Assembly (NCBI RefSeq): GCF_009834535.1
Contig: NC_045697.1
Span: forward strand, 53,322,001 to 53,386,000
Origin: Camelus ferus
Taxonomy: Eukaryota
Direction of reading: 5' to 3'
DNA: 64,000 nucleotides
The notes under the pieces were generated by a model that worked only from the letters and a program-made list of their open reading frames with translations, did no database searches and was not told where the DNA came from. This document shows, piece after piece, positions 51,453 through 64,000 of this stretch (position 1 is the stretch's first letter; each line of letters begins with the position of its first letter). The position numbers were made by a program, and so were the translations under genes.

Positions 51453-52756
51453 CTTCCTCTATTATTTTTCTCTTCCTGCCTTACTGCTTACTCTCTCTCA
51501 CCATTTATGTCTTCATGATTCTATTTAAGTAACATTTCTAGGCACCATCTGGTAGACCTATGATATTCATAGCCTAGTGACCAAAAAGTAGTATAATGCT
51601 CCAAAGGCCATGCCCAACAGGAACAGCAACAAACACAAACTGCCAGCTAATAAAAATGGATAGATGCTAAAACATTTAAAATCTACAATTAAAATTAACT
51701 CACGCATATTTCAGTTGGAACACCAAAATGTAGGCATTATTCCACCCATTATTTTCCACTTCAACACGGTAGGAAGTGTGGGGATTATGCATGACAGTAG
51801 GAAACAAGAATAGTGGACTCAACACAGGAGAGGCCTTCTTGTGTTACTTGTGGTTTTCACTTCCAGGAACAGTAGGTCATTTTAAAAGACTGACGGACCA
51901 GAACATGCCCTGCTATTTTATAATTAAGAAAAACAGATATGAACCCTCTATAAGCAAAAACCATACTTCTTGAAACTGCCAAGGTCTTTTATTTACAAGG
52001 TAAAAATAAATGAGCACTCCTGCTGTATCACATGTGTCACATTAAATTGGTGGCATAAGGATGCAGCCTGTGAATGGTATTTATGGTGATATTTATGCTG
52101 GATTTTCTCTCCTTATCTTACTTCTCCTCCTGTTCCTCTTTTCTCCTCTTTCTTCTGCTCCTCCTTCTCCTTCATTCTCCTCTTTCTCCTTTATTTCTCC
52201 CTCAATGAAAGCATGGTCTACAGGCTGTTACAAAATTCATGATGTTTATTTAACTAAAAAAAAAAAATTCCTCTGTGAACTATTAAAATGAAAAATACCA
52301 CAACTGACAAATATAAAGCAACATATGAAGGCCCACTAGATAACAAAAACCTCCTGGGAACTGGGAATATACAAAGTGACAGTCTCCTACTCCTGCTAAG
52401 TTGCTTCCCTTATGTTATGGACTGAATGTTTTTGTTGCTCTCAATTCAAATGTTGAAGCTCTATCCTCCAATATATTCTATTAAGAGGTGGGAGTCCTAG
52501 GAGGTAATTAGATTTAGATGAGGTCATAGAGTGGATACCCCTTCTAATATGGGATTAGTGCCCATATTAGAAGAAGAAGAGAGCCTAGAGTTTTTTCTCT
52601 CCACCATGGGAAGATTTGGGAATAAGGCAGCTGTCTGCAAGCCAGCAAGAGGGCCCACACAATAGAATCCAACTATGGCTGCACTCTGGTTTTGGACTTC
52701 CCAGCCTCTAGAATTAGATAAATAAATGTCAGCTGTTCAAGCTACCCAGCCTACAG

Positions 52757-52979
52757 TACTGTCATCCCTGTGTAACTTTGGGGGATTGGTCCTAGAACCC
52801 ACCAAGGACACCGAATCCATGGATGCTTCACTCTCATGGTCAGCCCTCCGTATCCACAGCTGAGCATCTGTGGATTCAAACAAACCAGGTTGTGTAGTAC
52901 TGTATTTATTATTGAAAAAAAATCTGAGTATAAGTGGACCAGAGCAGTTCAAATTTAGGTAGTTCAAGGGTCAACTGTA
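52757..52979. mobile_element. Tigger-derived MITE (MER8/Tigger2-like) nested in MLT1
   Basis: TIR cagttgacccttgaac at the right end, TA at both ends; absent from the unit A MLT1. Confidence 0.75.
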
Positions 52980-54339
52980 TTTTATGATAGCAGCCTAGAC
53001 AACTTGTGATTTGTGAAACAGACAAGGATAAAGGAAATTGCAGATAGAAAAGTCCAGGAGAGAGTTGAATATGTGATGCCAAATTGGACATAAAAAAGAT
53101 CCAGACTGGAGCTGAAGATTTAGGAGTAATCAGCCTATTCATGTAATAAAAGATACGAAATTTGAAGAGATCGTATAGAAAAAAGTTGAAGAATCAGAAG
53201 AGAGGCGAGGACGGAATCCCTAAATAACTGTTTATGTGTAACTAGAAAATACAGAAGTCCATGAATGTCTCATAGAAGGTAAAGAAAAGCAGAAAAGAGG
53301 AGAATTTCTAGGCAATTTGTAAATTGTGAAAGCCAAGGGGCTGAAATTTCAAGAAGGAAGCTTAATCATCATGAAGAAATGTTACAATGACCTTGATGTT
53401 GCTTAGTCTCTTTCAACTACAACTTTGTCTTGAGGAATAGTTACAATAATCACTGGGATTGGATTAAACACGAATGGTGTAAGTCACATTGCAAATAGAA
53501 AGTGTTCAAATAAAAACGTCAAGAATTATTTTTATTTTTATCATGATAATCTTCATTAGCAATAACATCTTAATTTTTTAAAAATTCTTGAAGGATGAGG
53601 GAGAAGATGAAAACCAAAGAATAATGATCAAACATCTTAGGAAAATGTGAGCTTTCATTTGAAGTTTTAAGACTTTAAGAGGGACAAAGTTAGAAATCAG
53701 ACGTAGATCAATATACAGAAGAGTGCGGGCGGGCAGTTAAAGGCAGTAATGCTCAATGGACTCAATTTTTTTCTATGAAATAGGTGGCTACTTTCTCGAA
53801 TTGACTGATGTGTGAGATGAGTTAGATGTTTCAGAAAACTAATGCCATTTTTGGACAGTTTATTTGAGGGAAAGGGTGAAAAGTATATAACCAAAATGAA
53901 AGAAAAAAAAAAAAGACCTAGTAAGCAGTGTTGAATTCTACACTATGGGAAAAAAACAAACTATTTTTTTTCCTGTACAATTGAGTGTCCTCGGTAGGAT
54001 AGCAGTGTAAGTTTGAGGACTTTCCAGGATTGAGATTTTACCAGGTAAGTTTACTTAAAGTGTTAGATTTAAAGGAATTATTTGAGATATTGCAAGGATG
54101 TGCTAAGTGATAAATATAAAATACTGGATTTCATATTTAAGAAAATGAAATAAAATTAAAAACAGAGAAAAGAAAAGGAAATGGAAAAATCAACGGCCTA
54201 GAGGTTTCTCTAAGATCAAAGTAAATGTATTTTTGTTTCCACCCTTGTCTTCTTCCAAAACACAGATAAAGATCTTATCCTCTTCAAAGGTTTCATCTCA
54301 AACCAAAGCCTTAACTTGAACTACAGAACTTTAATAACC

Positions 54340-54800
54340 TGCACACCCCTTCTCTTGGCCTTCTTTCTTTTTTTCTGCTTCTTCTCTAGGTAGGTATCTT
54401 CTCTAGGTAGGTAGGTATTTGGTATTCCCCAAATGACACACATATTTCTTTTGCAATAAATTTACACTTGCTGTTCCTTCAACTTGGAAATTTCTTCCTC
54501 CATTCTCACTCCTACACTCAAAGTAGATCATTTCTTAATTGTCACTCTACCATAGAATATGTTCTTGACGCTCCTATTTAAGATAGCCTCTGTGACCTTG
54601 CCCCTCCTTTTACGTCTTTAGAGCACTGTCACTCCCTGAGATACTAAGTATCATTGTTTATGTCTTGTTTCCCACTCCCAACCCTAATGTAAGCTTCATG
54701 AAGGTAGGGCTGTGTCTCTCTTGTTCTCTGTTGTGTTTTCAGCAACCAGGACAATAACTAACAACTAAGCACTCAATAAATAGTCACTCAATAAATTTTT
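54340..54800 (+). mobile_element. L2 3' relic
   Basis: cttgctgttccttc...aatgtaagcttcatgaaggtagggc...gcactcaataaat. Confidence 0.6.
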
Positions 54801-55574
54801 ATTGATGAAGGTCATTGATGACACCACTAATGGAGGCATTATAATCTTTATGTCCCCAGTGCCTACCTGCTTTTATTAAGTGACATTAGGAGTTCGCTTA
54901 TGGCCTCTCTGGACTCAGTTAGTAAACATGAGGACCTTGGGGAAGGTTTAGGATACGTACTGTGGCAACTGGAACTGGGAACAAATCGGAATTGTTAGAA
55001 TAAGTAGTTCAAAAGAACCCTGCTGAGGTTGTGGACCATATATTTGTAAGATATGAAAGAGGATGAAATAAATTAGAATTAGTTGACCTCAAAGAAGCTC
55101 TCACATAAAGTTGCTTCAGTATAACTCAAAGTAGGAAGACAAAATATTTAAAGAAATGGTTATCTAGCTTAGCCTGTCAGTATGAAAAATACAGATAGAA
55201 TTATGCCTCACATTTATTTCTTTCAGAAAGAAAAAAAAGTTTCTGTTACTTGAAAACAACAGTGAAAAGAGCTTAACAGTTAACAGTTGTGACCATCTCA
55301 TCAAATATTAATTAGGAAAGCAATTATCATGAAATGCAGAGTCTGCAAGTGAAATAATACACCAGTAAACACATAAAAGGAAACTTGAAGTCCAATAAAG
55401 GATCACTTCAATTTCTACTACTGTGTTTATGTTAGTCTAATAAATGCTTAATATTTGTGATATAACTGCTGGCCTACAAAATTTCTTTAAATTCACTTGT
55501 TAAAACTATTTTCTTTGATTCCTTTTCTTATACAGCTATCTTTTATTTTGGGGTGTTGGGAGAAGTAGACTTAC

Positions 55575-55634
55575 CAGAGTGGGGGTAAAGTAATAAGGGA
55601 TTTTCTTAATGTGATTCCATAGGTTCAAAGAAAT
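55575..55634 (-). pseudogene. Relic alpha-s2-casein-like exon (3' half)
   Basis: Reads ISLNLWNHIKKIPYYFTPTL|gtaagt, an ungapped match to the ends of both 129-nt CSN1S2 exons; flanking intron homology to 1850-2820. Confidence 0.78.
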
Positions 55635-57379
55635 TAACAATAATCCCCCCCCCGCCCCCGCCCAATTAAACAATATCTCTAAGACAGATTAGGTCAACTG
55701 ATACCAAACAGACTGAACTACAGAACTGTTCATTATGTAAAATTCACTAAAATTGTGACTACACTCATAAAGTGGACTAGAATATAGAAATCATATAATA
55801 AATTCAGAATTCAGACAAAAAGGTTTTAAACTGTAAGAATATATTTGCCAGTAAGAAGGAAAGAAGACAATTGCTGAATTATCAAGATATGTATATCAAT
55901 TGTCCATACTGTTTCCCATAAGTGGTCTTCAGAGTCAGAGAGACTAAAGTGAACTCCCACGGTCCTATGTACTGAAATCTGTCGCCCTTGGCAGGATGCT
56001 GAATCCGTTTGAGTGCCACTTACTGACAGAACTATGTAAAGCACTTTGGGTAGTGCCTGTCATGAGTGACAGCTTAATAAATGCCCCCACTGCATCTTTG
56101 TTATTACTTTGATCCTAGTATGAAGACTTGATCCTACTACTGTAGAGTTCTTGAAATCACAAGAGTCATAACCTTTCCTTAAGAGCTTCAGTTTGTACAG
56201 AGGGAAAGCCACTGGATCTTTAAAAAACCAATTGATGTTTAAAATTGCCTGAGAATAATTATTAAATGAATAAATGGTTTGGCAAAATTAATATTACAGA
56301 CATGTGCTACTGTAAATCATTTTGGCCAAATATTAGGAAGACCTGTAGAACTTTCTAAAACTGGAATTTAAATTATATTACTAAAATTATAATTAAACAG
56401 AAACAAGGTTCCAAAGTCAGGTAGGTTTTTAGTGGAGAGGGTCCCATTTGGGGAGTGTTTTAGGCAGAAGCTGGTTCTACGACAAATGCTTTAGAGGAAA
56501 ATTTGTTGTTTGTGGAAGGGTGATAGGAATAGCTCCCCCTGTTGGCATTCTGTGTGCCCTGCAGTCCCTAATTTACTTTACATATATTTCAGTATTTAAT
56601 CTCCACAAAAATTCTCAGCAGGGCCAACAACACTATTCTCATTTTACAGAGGAGAAAATTCAGCGTAAAGAGATAAAGTGTTTAACAGGTTTCAAAGAGA
56701 TGCTAAGTGGCAGGGCTGCAAATGTAAAACAAGTTTCAGGAACCCAGAAAAGTTTCTGGAGAGGTATACCTTGCAAATAATATCTTTATGGCTTCATATT
56801 ATCTATGGAATAATATCCAAGGTCTTAACACAACGTCCAAGACCATTCCACATCTTTCTTTGGAAATATTTCCAGCTTTACTTCTTGCCTCTGCTTATGC
56901 GTCATCTGTAACTCTTCCATTTCATAATTCCATGTCTTCTCATCTTTCCTGTATGCCTTCTGACAATGTCCTCTCTTCATATTCTCTAACCAACACCTAT
57001 GTATTTTCCAAGACAAAGTTGAAATTTGAACATTTCTGTGACAATATCCTTCAAGCTTCAGGTAGGTCTAGTCATTGCTTATTTTGTGTGTTCATTAAAA
57101 GAGTGTTTACATTGATGCTGTATTGTAGTCAATCACATGCTAATTCATTCCTTTCCTCAGTCAACAGTTACTTAAATTATTTAAATAAATGATTTATTTT
57201 TATTACATAAACTACCCAAAGTGACCTTAACTAGATGTATTATTCCATGCTCTTGAGATATACCCCTCATGAAACTTACATCCTTTTAAAGGGTACAGAT
57301 TTATAAGTTTACAGGGTTATAGAAATGCAAACAACTGGAGACAGCCAAAAAAATCATGACAAAAGCAAAATGTATAGTA

Positions 57380-58060
57380 TTTACATTATATTACATGCAA
57401 AGAAGAAAATAAGTAAAGGAGGTGGGGTGGGAAGTGTCAAGAAGAGCGTTGGGTAACATGAGCAGAAACAGCCTCCCAGAAGAGGTAAGTAGAGAATAAG
57501 AGAAGAGTGGGGAATGGTACATGCATGTCTCTGGGGAAAGAATTCCAGACTGAGGGAGTGGCTAGCGGGGAGCTCTCAGGTGGCAGATCACCTAACGTGC
57601 TCAAGTAGTAACAGGCAGAAGGACAAGGGCGGGAAGTAGACGGAGATTACATAGAACATGAGGTCAAAGAGGCAGCAGGGGGCCTGATGATGTAAGATAT
57701 TTTAAGATAATTTTCATGACTTTTGGATTTTTATCTGGGAGTGACAGGAAACCAATGGAAAAACTAGGTAGAAATATTATTGCTTTGAATATTAAAAATG
57801 GTTTAGGAAAATCAGAGTGAATGTGTAATATCACTGCTGGACTTCAGGCTATAGTGAAAACAATTGCCATAGATGAATATTTTTTTTGCAGCTACATTCA
57901 GAGGGGCAGAAGGCAGAATTTGGATTAACCTGAGATATGATTTAGGTAAGACAGTAAAATCAGAGACAGGCAGGGGATTTGAGAATATACATAAAAATGA
58001 TGATAGTGATTTTTCAAAGTGGGAAAGGAGGGGCATTTAGATATAAGGAGTTTAGAGGCA
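57380..58060. mobile_element. Degenerate L2-like segment
   Basis: tctggggaaagaattccagactgaggg, gacttttggatttttatctgggagtgacaggaaaccaatgg. Confidence 0.5.
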
Positions 58061-58316
58061 TTGAAGAACTGACAGGATCATTGAAAGGTCCTAGGTTCTG
58101 ATGAAATCAAATGATTTTTTGTTTCAGGTATTAAACAGGGTTTATCCAGTAGACAGGACATGGCATAGGAGAGTAGGAAGGATGAAATTATAGAGGGATA
58201 AAATTACATGGCAAAGTGTAGTCTTGTGTCCTTCCACATTTACGAATCTGATTACAAGCAGGACCCACACCATCTTCATCTTTGTATCATTGTGTGATCT
58301 TTTGTATCATCTAGCA

Positions 58317-58537
58317 TAGTGGTTCTAAATCAGGAATGACTTTGCACTGCACCTCACTCCACCAGGAGACATTTCTCAAGACAGTTTTAGTTCTAATAGC
58401 TGCGTGGCTGGTGCTCCTGGCATCTTGCAGGTAGAGGCCAGGAATGCTCCTATAACACCCTACAACACACAGGATAGCCCCCACAGCAAAGAATTATCCT
58501 GCCCCAAATATCGTATTACAAAGACTGAGAAGCTCTG
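58317..58537. mobile_element. MER20-like DNA transposon relic
   Basis: agtggttctaaa...ctggcatc...ggtagaggccaggaatgct...acaacacacaggatagcccccacagcaaagaattatcctgccccaaat...tgagaagctctg. Confidence 0.8.
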
Positions 58538-59724
58538 GCGAGCATGTAGCGTGCACTCAGTAAATTCATCTTGAGCTTGAGTGAAGTTTTATGATTATGT
58601 GTGAAGTAAGAGTAATTAGGGTTAAGAGTGTGTCTTAGGAATCAGGATTCTGGCTTATGCTTTCATGATGTCTACTTGCTTATAGATCATTTTTTTGTAT
58701 GTTCTGAGCCTTGATTAACTTTATACATTAATCTTAATAGCTATATTTCAGATAAAAAAGATGTTATTTTATTATATTTGGATAATCTCATGGAAAGAAT
58801 TAAAATATTCCATCTATATAAAAAATGCTAAACTAACTATCCCCACCTAATAATTTGTCAGAACTAATTATATGTTATATTGTTCTTAAATCTGAATCAT
58901 TATATAAATCCTCACTGTTTATTTCATTTTCCTTCCTCATCCCCCTCATATTTTGGAAGTTATTAGACAGTGCCTCACATATTATTTAGGAATCTGAGGT
59001 TTTTATTACCAACTCTATCTCTAAGCTACAGTATCCTGAAAAAATGATGCAAATTCCCAGGTCTTCCATTTCCATGTCTCTAAAATACCTTTACAACATC
59101 GTACAGATAATATCTAAAGTCTCTTCTTGTTTTTATTTTCTAAACATTTTGGTCCATTTATTGTATTCTTTATCCAGCTTATTATTTAATAATAATAATA
59201 ATAATAATAGTAATAGTTATTATTATTAATTGTTCCCTTTCTTGAGGTTGTTATTCACATGGTTTCAACTATTAGCTTTATACTTTACCCAAATCTCATG
59301 TCTGCATATTTCAGATCCATCACACAATATGGGAAAGAGCTTTGACTAAGTAAATTCTGTTTGTAACAAATAATACTACATCTTGCTTGGATTTTATCTT
59401 GCTTCTTTCCCACAGTTCTCTTACAAAATTTCGATGAATAGAATTTTCATTTTGTCTTATAAAACTGGCAGTTCTTAGGTTATGCATTGCAAAACCTTGG
59501 ATTGCCCACATGGCACTTGTACTTACTGGTCATTGTGTTCTGAAGCTATAAGCACGTGGTGTTATCTTAAATCTCTGGCTTTTCATTTTTTCCCTTGGAC
59601 AAGCCTCTTTCTCTAGTGTATTGTTAGTGATTTCCTTAATCAAGGTTTTAACCTACTTTCCTGACCCAATCAAGTCCCTAACTATACCAATGAATGTAAT
59701 TCAAAATTGGTGAGCCAGAGAGTT

Positions 59725-59885
59725 ACAAAGAAATGTATTTATTGCACAATATGTACAACATCTTGCTGAGAAAATAAAAAGGAAGCGTTGAGTGGGTAGA
59801 GCATGCTTGCTTTTGTATTCCTTTTCTTAGAAATTACACTTTTTTGCCTGTGGCCTTGGCAACCAAGAGCTAAAGGCACACTGAG
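59725..59885 (+). promoter_or_regulatory. Beta-casein distal enhancer (BCE-1 homolog)
   Basis: C/EBP ATTGCACAAT 59741-59750, GAS TTCTTAGAA 59824-59832, and NF1-like TGGCCTTGGCA, ~1.7 kb upstream of the CSN2 TSS; closely resembles bovine BCE-1 as recalled. Confidence 0.8.
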
Positions 59886-60255
59886 CTGCTAAGACTTTTC
59901 TAGTTATACCTACGACACTGGGGTCATTTCATCATTTCCCTTCATGGCTTCCTCCTGGCTCCATATGAAGAGTCTTGGAATGAATATCAACTGAATTATT
60001 CAAATGCATAGTAGACACTGACTCAGGTTTTCTAAGTAATATCAGTCAGGAGTGTTCCTCTCCCTCAACAACTAGTATGATATGGATGCAAGCTATATTA
60101 TGAAGAAAAATTATTAATTATGCCAATACTCTACTTGAATACTTTAGAAAGGCATCTATTTGTGCTTAAATTCTGAATATGTCTATTACAGGCAATGAAG
60201 TGAAGCAACAATGTTGTAAAAATAAGTAGTGTTCACATATAATCAGCCAATTACA

Positions 60256-60470
60256 TTTTTTTAATTGAAGTATAGTCAGTTTATAATGTGTTAATCTCTG
60301 GTGTACAGCATGTTTCAGTCATATATATATATATATACACTTGTTTTCATATTCTTTTTCTTTATAGGTTACTACAAGATACTGAATATGGTTCCCTGTG
60401 CTATACAGAAGAAACTTGTTGTTTATCTATTTTATATATAGTAGTTAATATCTGCAAATCTCAAACTCTC
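60256..60470 (-). mobile_element. Short L1 3'-end insertion
   Basis: ttttttaattgaagtatagtcagttt...ttccctgtgctatacagaagaaacttgttgtttatctatttt. Confidence 0.7.
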
Positions 60471-61324
60471 AATTGTATTTATGAACATCAATCACTAGAG
60501 GGGCAAAGAAACTTGAAGACTGCCTTTGTAAATTGGTACCTAAGAAGTGTTCTGAGGACTGGCTCAGACTTTATTGTAATACTTGGGCAAGACCCTCCTC
60601 CCATCTGCACTTCCATTTTTCCTTCCTCCACTGTTTGTCCTTCCATGAATATCAGCTGATAAACATTGACTCACTGTAAAAGGTATGATTCCCAACTTGA
60701 GCAGTCCCATTTTAATAAATTTGTACCAGTATTATTTGTTCTATAAATGTTACTTTCTGTCTGAAAATACTTTAACAAATCCCCACCATCCAGAGAATAA
60801 AATTCATGTCCCTTAGGATCACAGCACACTTTGCCCATCATCCTCTGATCCCTTTCTCTTTCCTTTTTCTCATCTCCATCTACTCCCTACTCCTTGCACT
60901 TCGTGGCCCAGATTCATTACTTGATTTAGTTGTAGTGACTTCTTTCTCATATTCAAGAACCTATTCTTCTTTTCTTTTTAGCCTATAATTAATTCTCTTC
61001 CCTCCTCAGGTCTAAGCTATCATCATGGATGCGTTATCTTGTCAGTTTCTCCATTACAGCATCAAACACTAACATCTATTCAGGTGAGAATGAAATTGTG
61101 GCCGTTGTGTGGCCCATGTATCTCTGGTGCCTATGTAGAATTTCTCCACATGTAAAATCTTGAAGACCCAACAAGTACTACAGAGACCTTATTGTGTCTA
61201 CAATAATTTGGAGACTGGGCCAGAATGTCACTGTCTCCCAGCCAATGTCTGTAGTTACTGGACAGTTTTATTTTCTGGACAGATTTCTTTTATCAGATTG
61301 TGAATTATTTCCTTGTTAAAATGC

Positions 61325-61475
61325 TCCCCAGAACTTCTGGGGACAGATAATAAGAAGAAATCATTTTCTAATCATGTGGAATTCTGGAAATTCAAACTCA
61401 CTATTGATTTTATCTCAAACCACAAAATTAGCATGCCATTAAAGACTATATAAATCGCCACAAAAACAGACCATT
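61325..61475 (+). promoter_or_regulatory. CSN2 proximal promoter
   Basis: TATATAAA 61447-61454; Oct ATTAGCAT 61427-61434; Runx AACCACA 61418-61424; GAS-position TTCTGGAAA 61382-61390; CCCCAGAA upstream site. Confidence 0.88.
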
Positions 61476-61523
61476 ATCCACTCAGATCCTCCTTCACTTC
61501 TTTTCCTCCACTTTGGAAAAAAG
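61476..61523 (+). other. CSN2: CSN2 non-coding exon 1 (TSS approximate)
   Basis: ATCCACTCAGATCCTCCTTCACTTC...TTTGGAAAAAAG|gtaaga. Confidence 0.9.
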
Positions 61524-62151
61524 GTAAGAATTTCAGATACAAATTCAATGTACCCTCTCTTCATTTTTATTTCAAACTAGGTTGAGACATACAAAAAACA
61601 TAATTGCTTAAAATGCAGTCTTTAAAATAAGGTTATTTAAGATAGTGCTGACAATATTTTCAACACTTAGGTTAAAAAAATAGAAGTGCCTGTATAGATT
61701 TGATAAGAATTATAATGACTGCATGAGCTTTATGAGTCTAACAAAATGTAATAAAGGTGATGGCTATTTTCTTTAGTACAAGATTAGTTAACAGGCTATA
61801 TAAAAAGATCAATTTCTTGAATTAAGTGTCTTCTAATTTGATAAAACACATCACAGCCATAAAGGCAAATGCATTTAATTTATAGTATGGTGATATGAGT
61901 CATTACTATTGGGCAAGTTTTATTGAACAAATAGCTATAGAGGTAGCATGTTGAGTCAAAAAATGGGGAGAGTTGTTTGGAGACATGCGCTACTTGAAAT
62001 GTTTATAAGTAATATTTTTAGAAGAAGTGTATATTATCACACTTGTGTAGAACATCCAAATCCCCAGTTTATCATTTAATTTACAATATTTCAAAAATAT
62101 AAAATAGATACATGAACTATGGTATAAGTTAAAGAGAAATAAGATGTTTAT

Positions 62152-62188
<37 letters not shown>

Positions 62189-63500
62189 CCAGGAGGGGCA
62201 GAGATGACCTAGGAACAGAAAAGAAGAAAAATATAATTTGAAAGAAAGGACAGCTTAAATTATCTTAGTTAAAAATAAAATTCTGGCTTAAAAATTGTAT
62301 ATAAAGTGCTAATTATAAAATAAAGAAAATATAGTAGTCTTTCCACTGATAGTGATCTCTAATAGAGTTCCACATTAGCTTTCGTGAGTCTTGACGATAA
62401 AAAGTTCTTTGGAAACTCATGGAAGTCTTAGGGAAAGTAAAATAAAGAAAAAATTAGGTAGTACCCAGGAGAAAAACATAGCAAATTTTTCTTAATTTAG
62501 TTTGAAAATCTGGAATTGAGGATTGTGTGTCAAGGGATATTGGTGGTGCAAACATTATTTTTTATGGTGGGGCAAAGATTATTTTTTATAAGTCCTTACA
62601 GAAATGTGACAAAATCAACCATTTACAACACCTCGGTCAAAGGTGTTCACATACTTTACATTATGCTACAAGGAGAAGGAGCCGAGAGTGGGGACTGGGC
62701 AAGGGACCCAGACCCCTTGTTTAATCATTAGGATACAAGTACTCAGAGGTTTCCAGAGAGTATGATCTCCAAAATTACATGGCACAAAGGAGATGTCATT
62801 AGGTGTGTGGGAATGAAGACTGTGCGGTGGATACACACGGAGAAGAAACAATCCAGTCAGGCCAAGGAAAGATCTGGATGAGTGGGGCAAATGAAGGAAA
62901 TGCTAAAATGAAAATCCCAGTCTAATTGGAAATAAGGACATATGAATAAGCCAAACATTTGTGGAAACTGTTTAGTAAAGAAAAGATAAAAATAAAGGAT
63001 TTTCTTTGACTAGTCTCCTCTCAATAGAATTGAGGCTCCAACAAAGCTGAGACCTTAATATTTTGTTCACTGCTGTAATCGCAGCATTTAAGCAATGTCT
63101 GGCAATGAATGATGCTAAATAAATATTTTTCAAAAAGTAAATCAATTAATTACTCTTTGTGTGAATATCTGTAACTTTTTCCTGCCTTTCAAAAAAACTC
63201 TCATAAGTACTGTGAATGAGATGAAAGGGTAAAGCAGGACAGGGCTGTTAGCTGAAAAAAATCTGAGTGGCTGACAATGAAATATGAATTTGATACATAA
63301 GAGTAGAGAGTCACTTGATTTTGACCTTGGTCAAATGACAAAGCTTCTATTAGTATTTTTTCCTAAAATACAGACATTTTTGTTATACACTATCTTTGGT
63401 TTATTTTAAAGGAAATTAATCCTACTGAAATAAGAAAATACATTAGATTGACCAGTATATCACCATCTCCTCATTTCTCCATCCATAGGACTTGAGAGTC

Positions 63501-63551
63501 ATGAAGGTCCTCATCCTTGCCTGCCTGGTGGCTCTTGCTCTTGCAAGAGAG
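63501..63551 (+). CDS. CSN2: Beta-casein exon 2 coding part (gene continues beyond the window)
   Basis: Exon 63489-63551 (catag|GAC...GAG|gtaagt) encodes MKVLILACLVALALARE, the beta-casein signal peptide. Confidence 0.97.
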
Positions 63552-64000
63552 GTAAGTATACACGCACAAAATGTCTCTAAATAAGTCATACTATGGTGCC
63601 ATCTGCCTATGTGTAGACAATAGTATTCTCAACATGTTAAAGATATAAATAATGCAGAATTTCAGGGTTTTTTTTACTTCTAAGATAATCATTTACATTC
63701 ACCCACTCTCTCAACAGTATCTTACAGGATCACAAATTCGAGTCAGATACTTTGTACGTTACTCTGCCACCAGTCCCTACAGGAAAAGCAAACAAATCAA
63801 TAAGCAAGAAGGAAAAAGCAGAAACACACATAAGAACAACAAAAAAGAGTAATATTGCACAAATACAATGGCATGCATGTGCAATCTAGAGAAATATTTC
63901 TAATTTCAGAGATGAGATACATGCATCTTTTACCCTAGGGCACTGGGCCAAACCCCACCTATGTCTATTCCACAGAGGATGATACTACAGAGGATGGAGT

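Larger units (their letters stand above)
42340..54097. repeat. Segmental duplication unit B (~11.8 kb)
   Basis: Direct-repeat paralog of 24870-36026. Confidence 0.92.

Noticed and set aside
1..64000. CRISPR arrays, rRNA, operons, and the remaining short ORFs in the track
   Set aside because: Mammalian intron and intergenic DNA; no repeat-spacer arrays or rRNA seen, and the short ORFs are consistent with chance.

Overview
Mammalian, AT-rich, repeat-laden DNA from the casein/SCPP gene cluster, almost certainly a camelid: the alpha-s2-casein translation matches the Camelus protein as I recall it, and camelid-type tRNA-derived SINEs are present. Left end, minus strand: nearly all of CSN1S2 (promoter ~13.4 kb, coding exons 12459 down to 1159; I could not find the last 3'UTR exon, so it probably lies outside the window). 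Right end, plus strand: the BCE-1-type enhancer, promoter, exon 1 and exon 2 of CSN2 (beta-casein). The ~48 kb between them holds an ancient ~11-12 kb tandem duplication. Each unit carries an apparently intact six-exon statherin/histatherin-like gene on the minus strand, and the ORF track misses both because the exons are tiny. Gene B (64 aa) is histatherin-like but has no His and carries a Trp/Arg/Lys motif (KRFWKWRKY). Gene A (66 aa) is a strongly diverged paralog. I also see a relic alpha-s2-casein-like exon with flanking intron homology at ~55.5-56.4 kb, further decayed copies of the upstream module, two silenced CSN1S2 exons, a solo LTR just upstream of CSN1S2, and a 35-nt U2 retrocopy. 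All exon calls were read by eye from splice signals and translation, and repeat family names are tentative.
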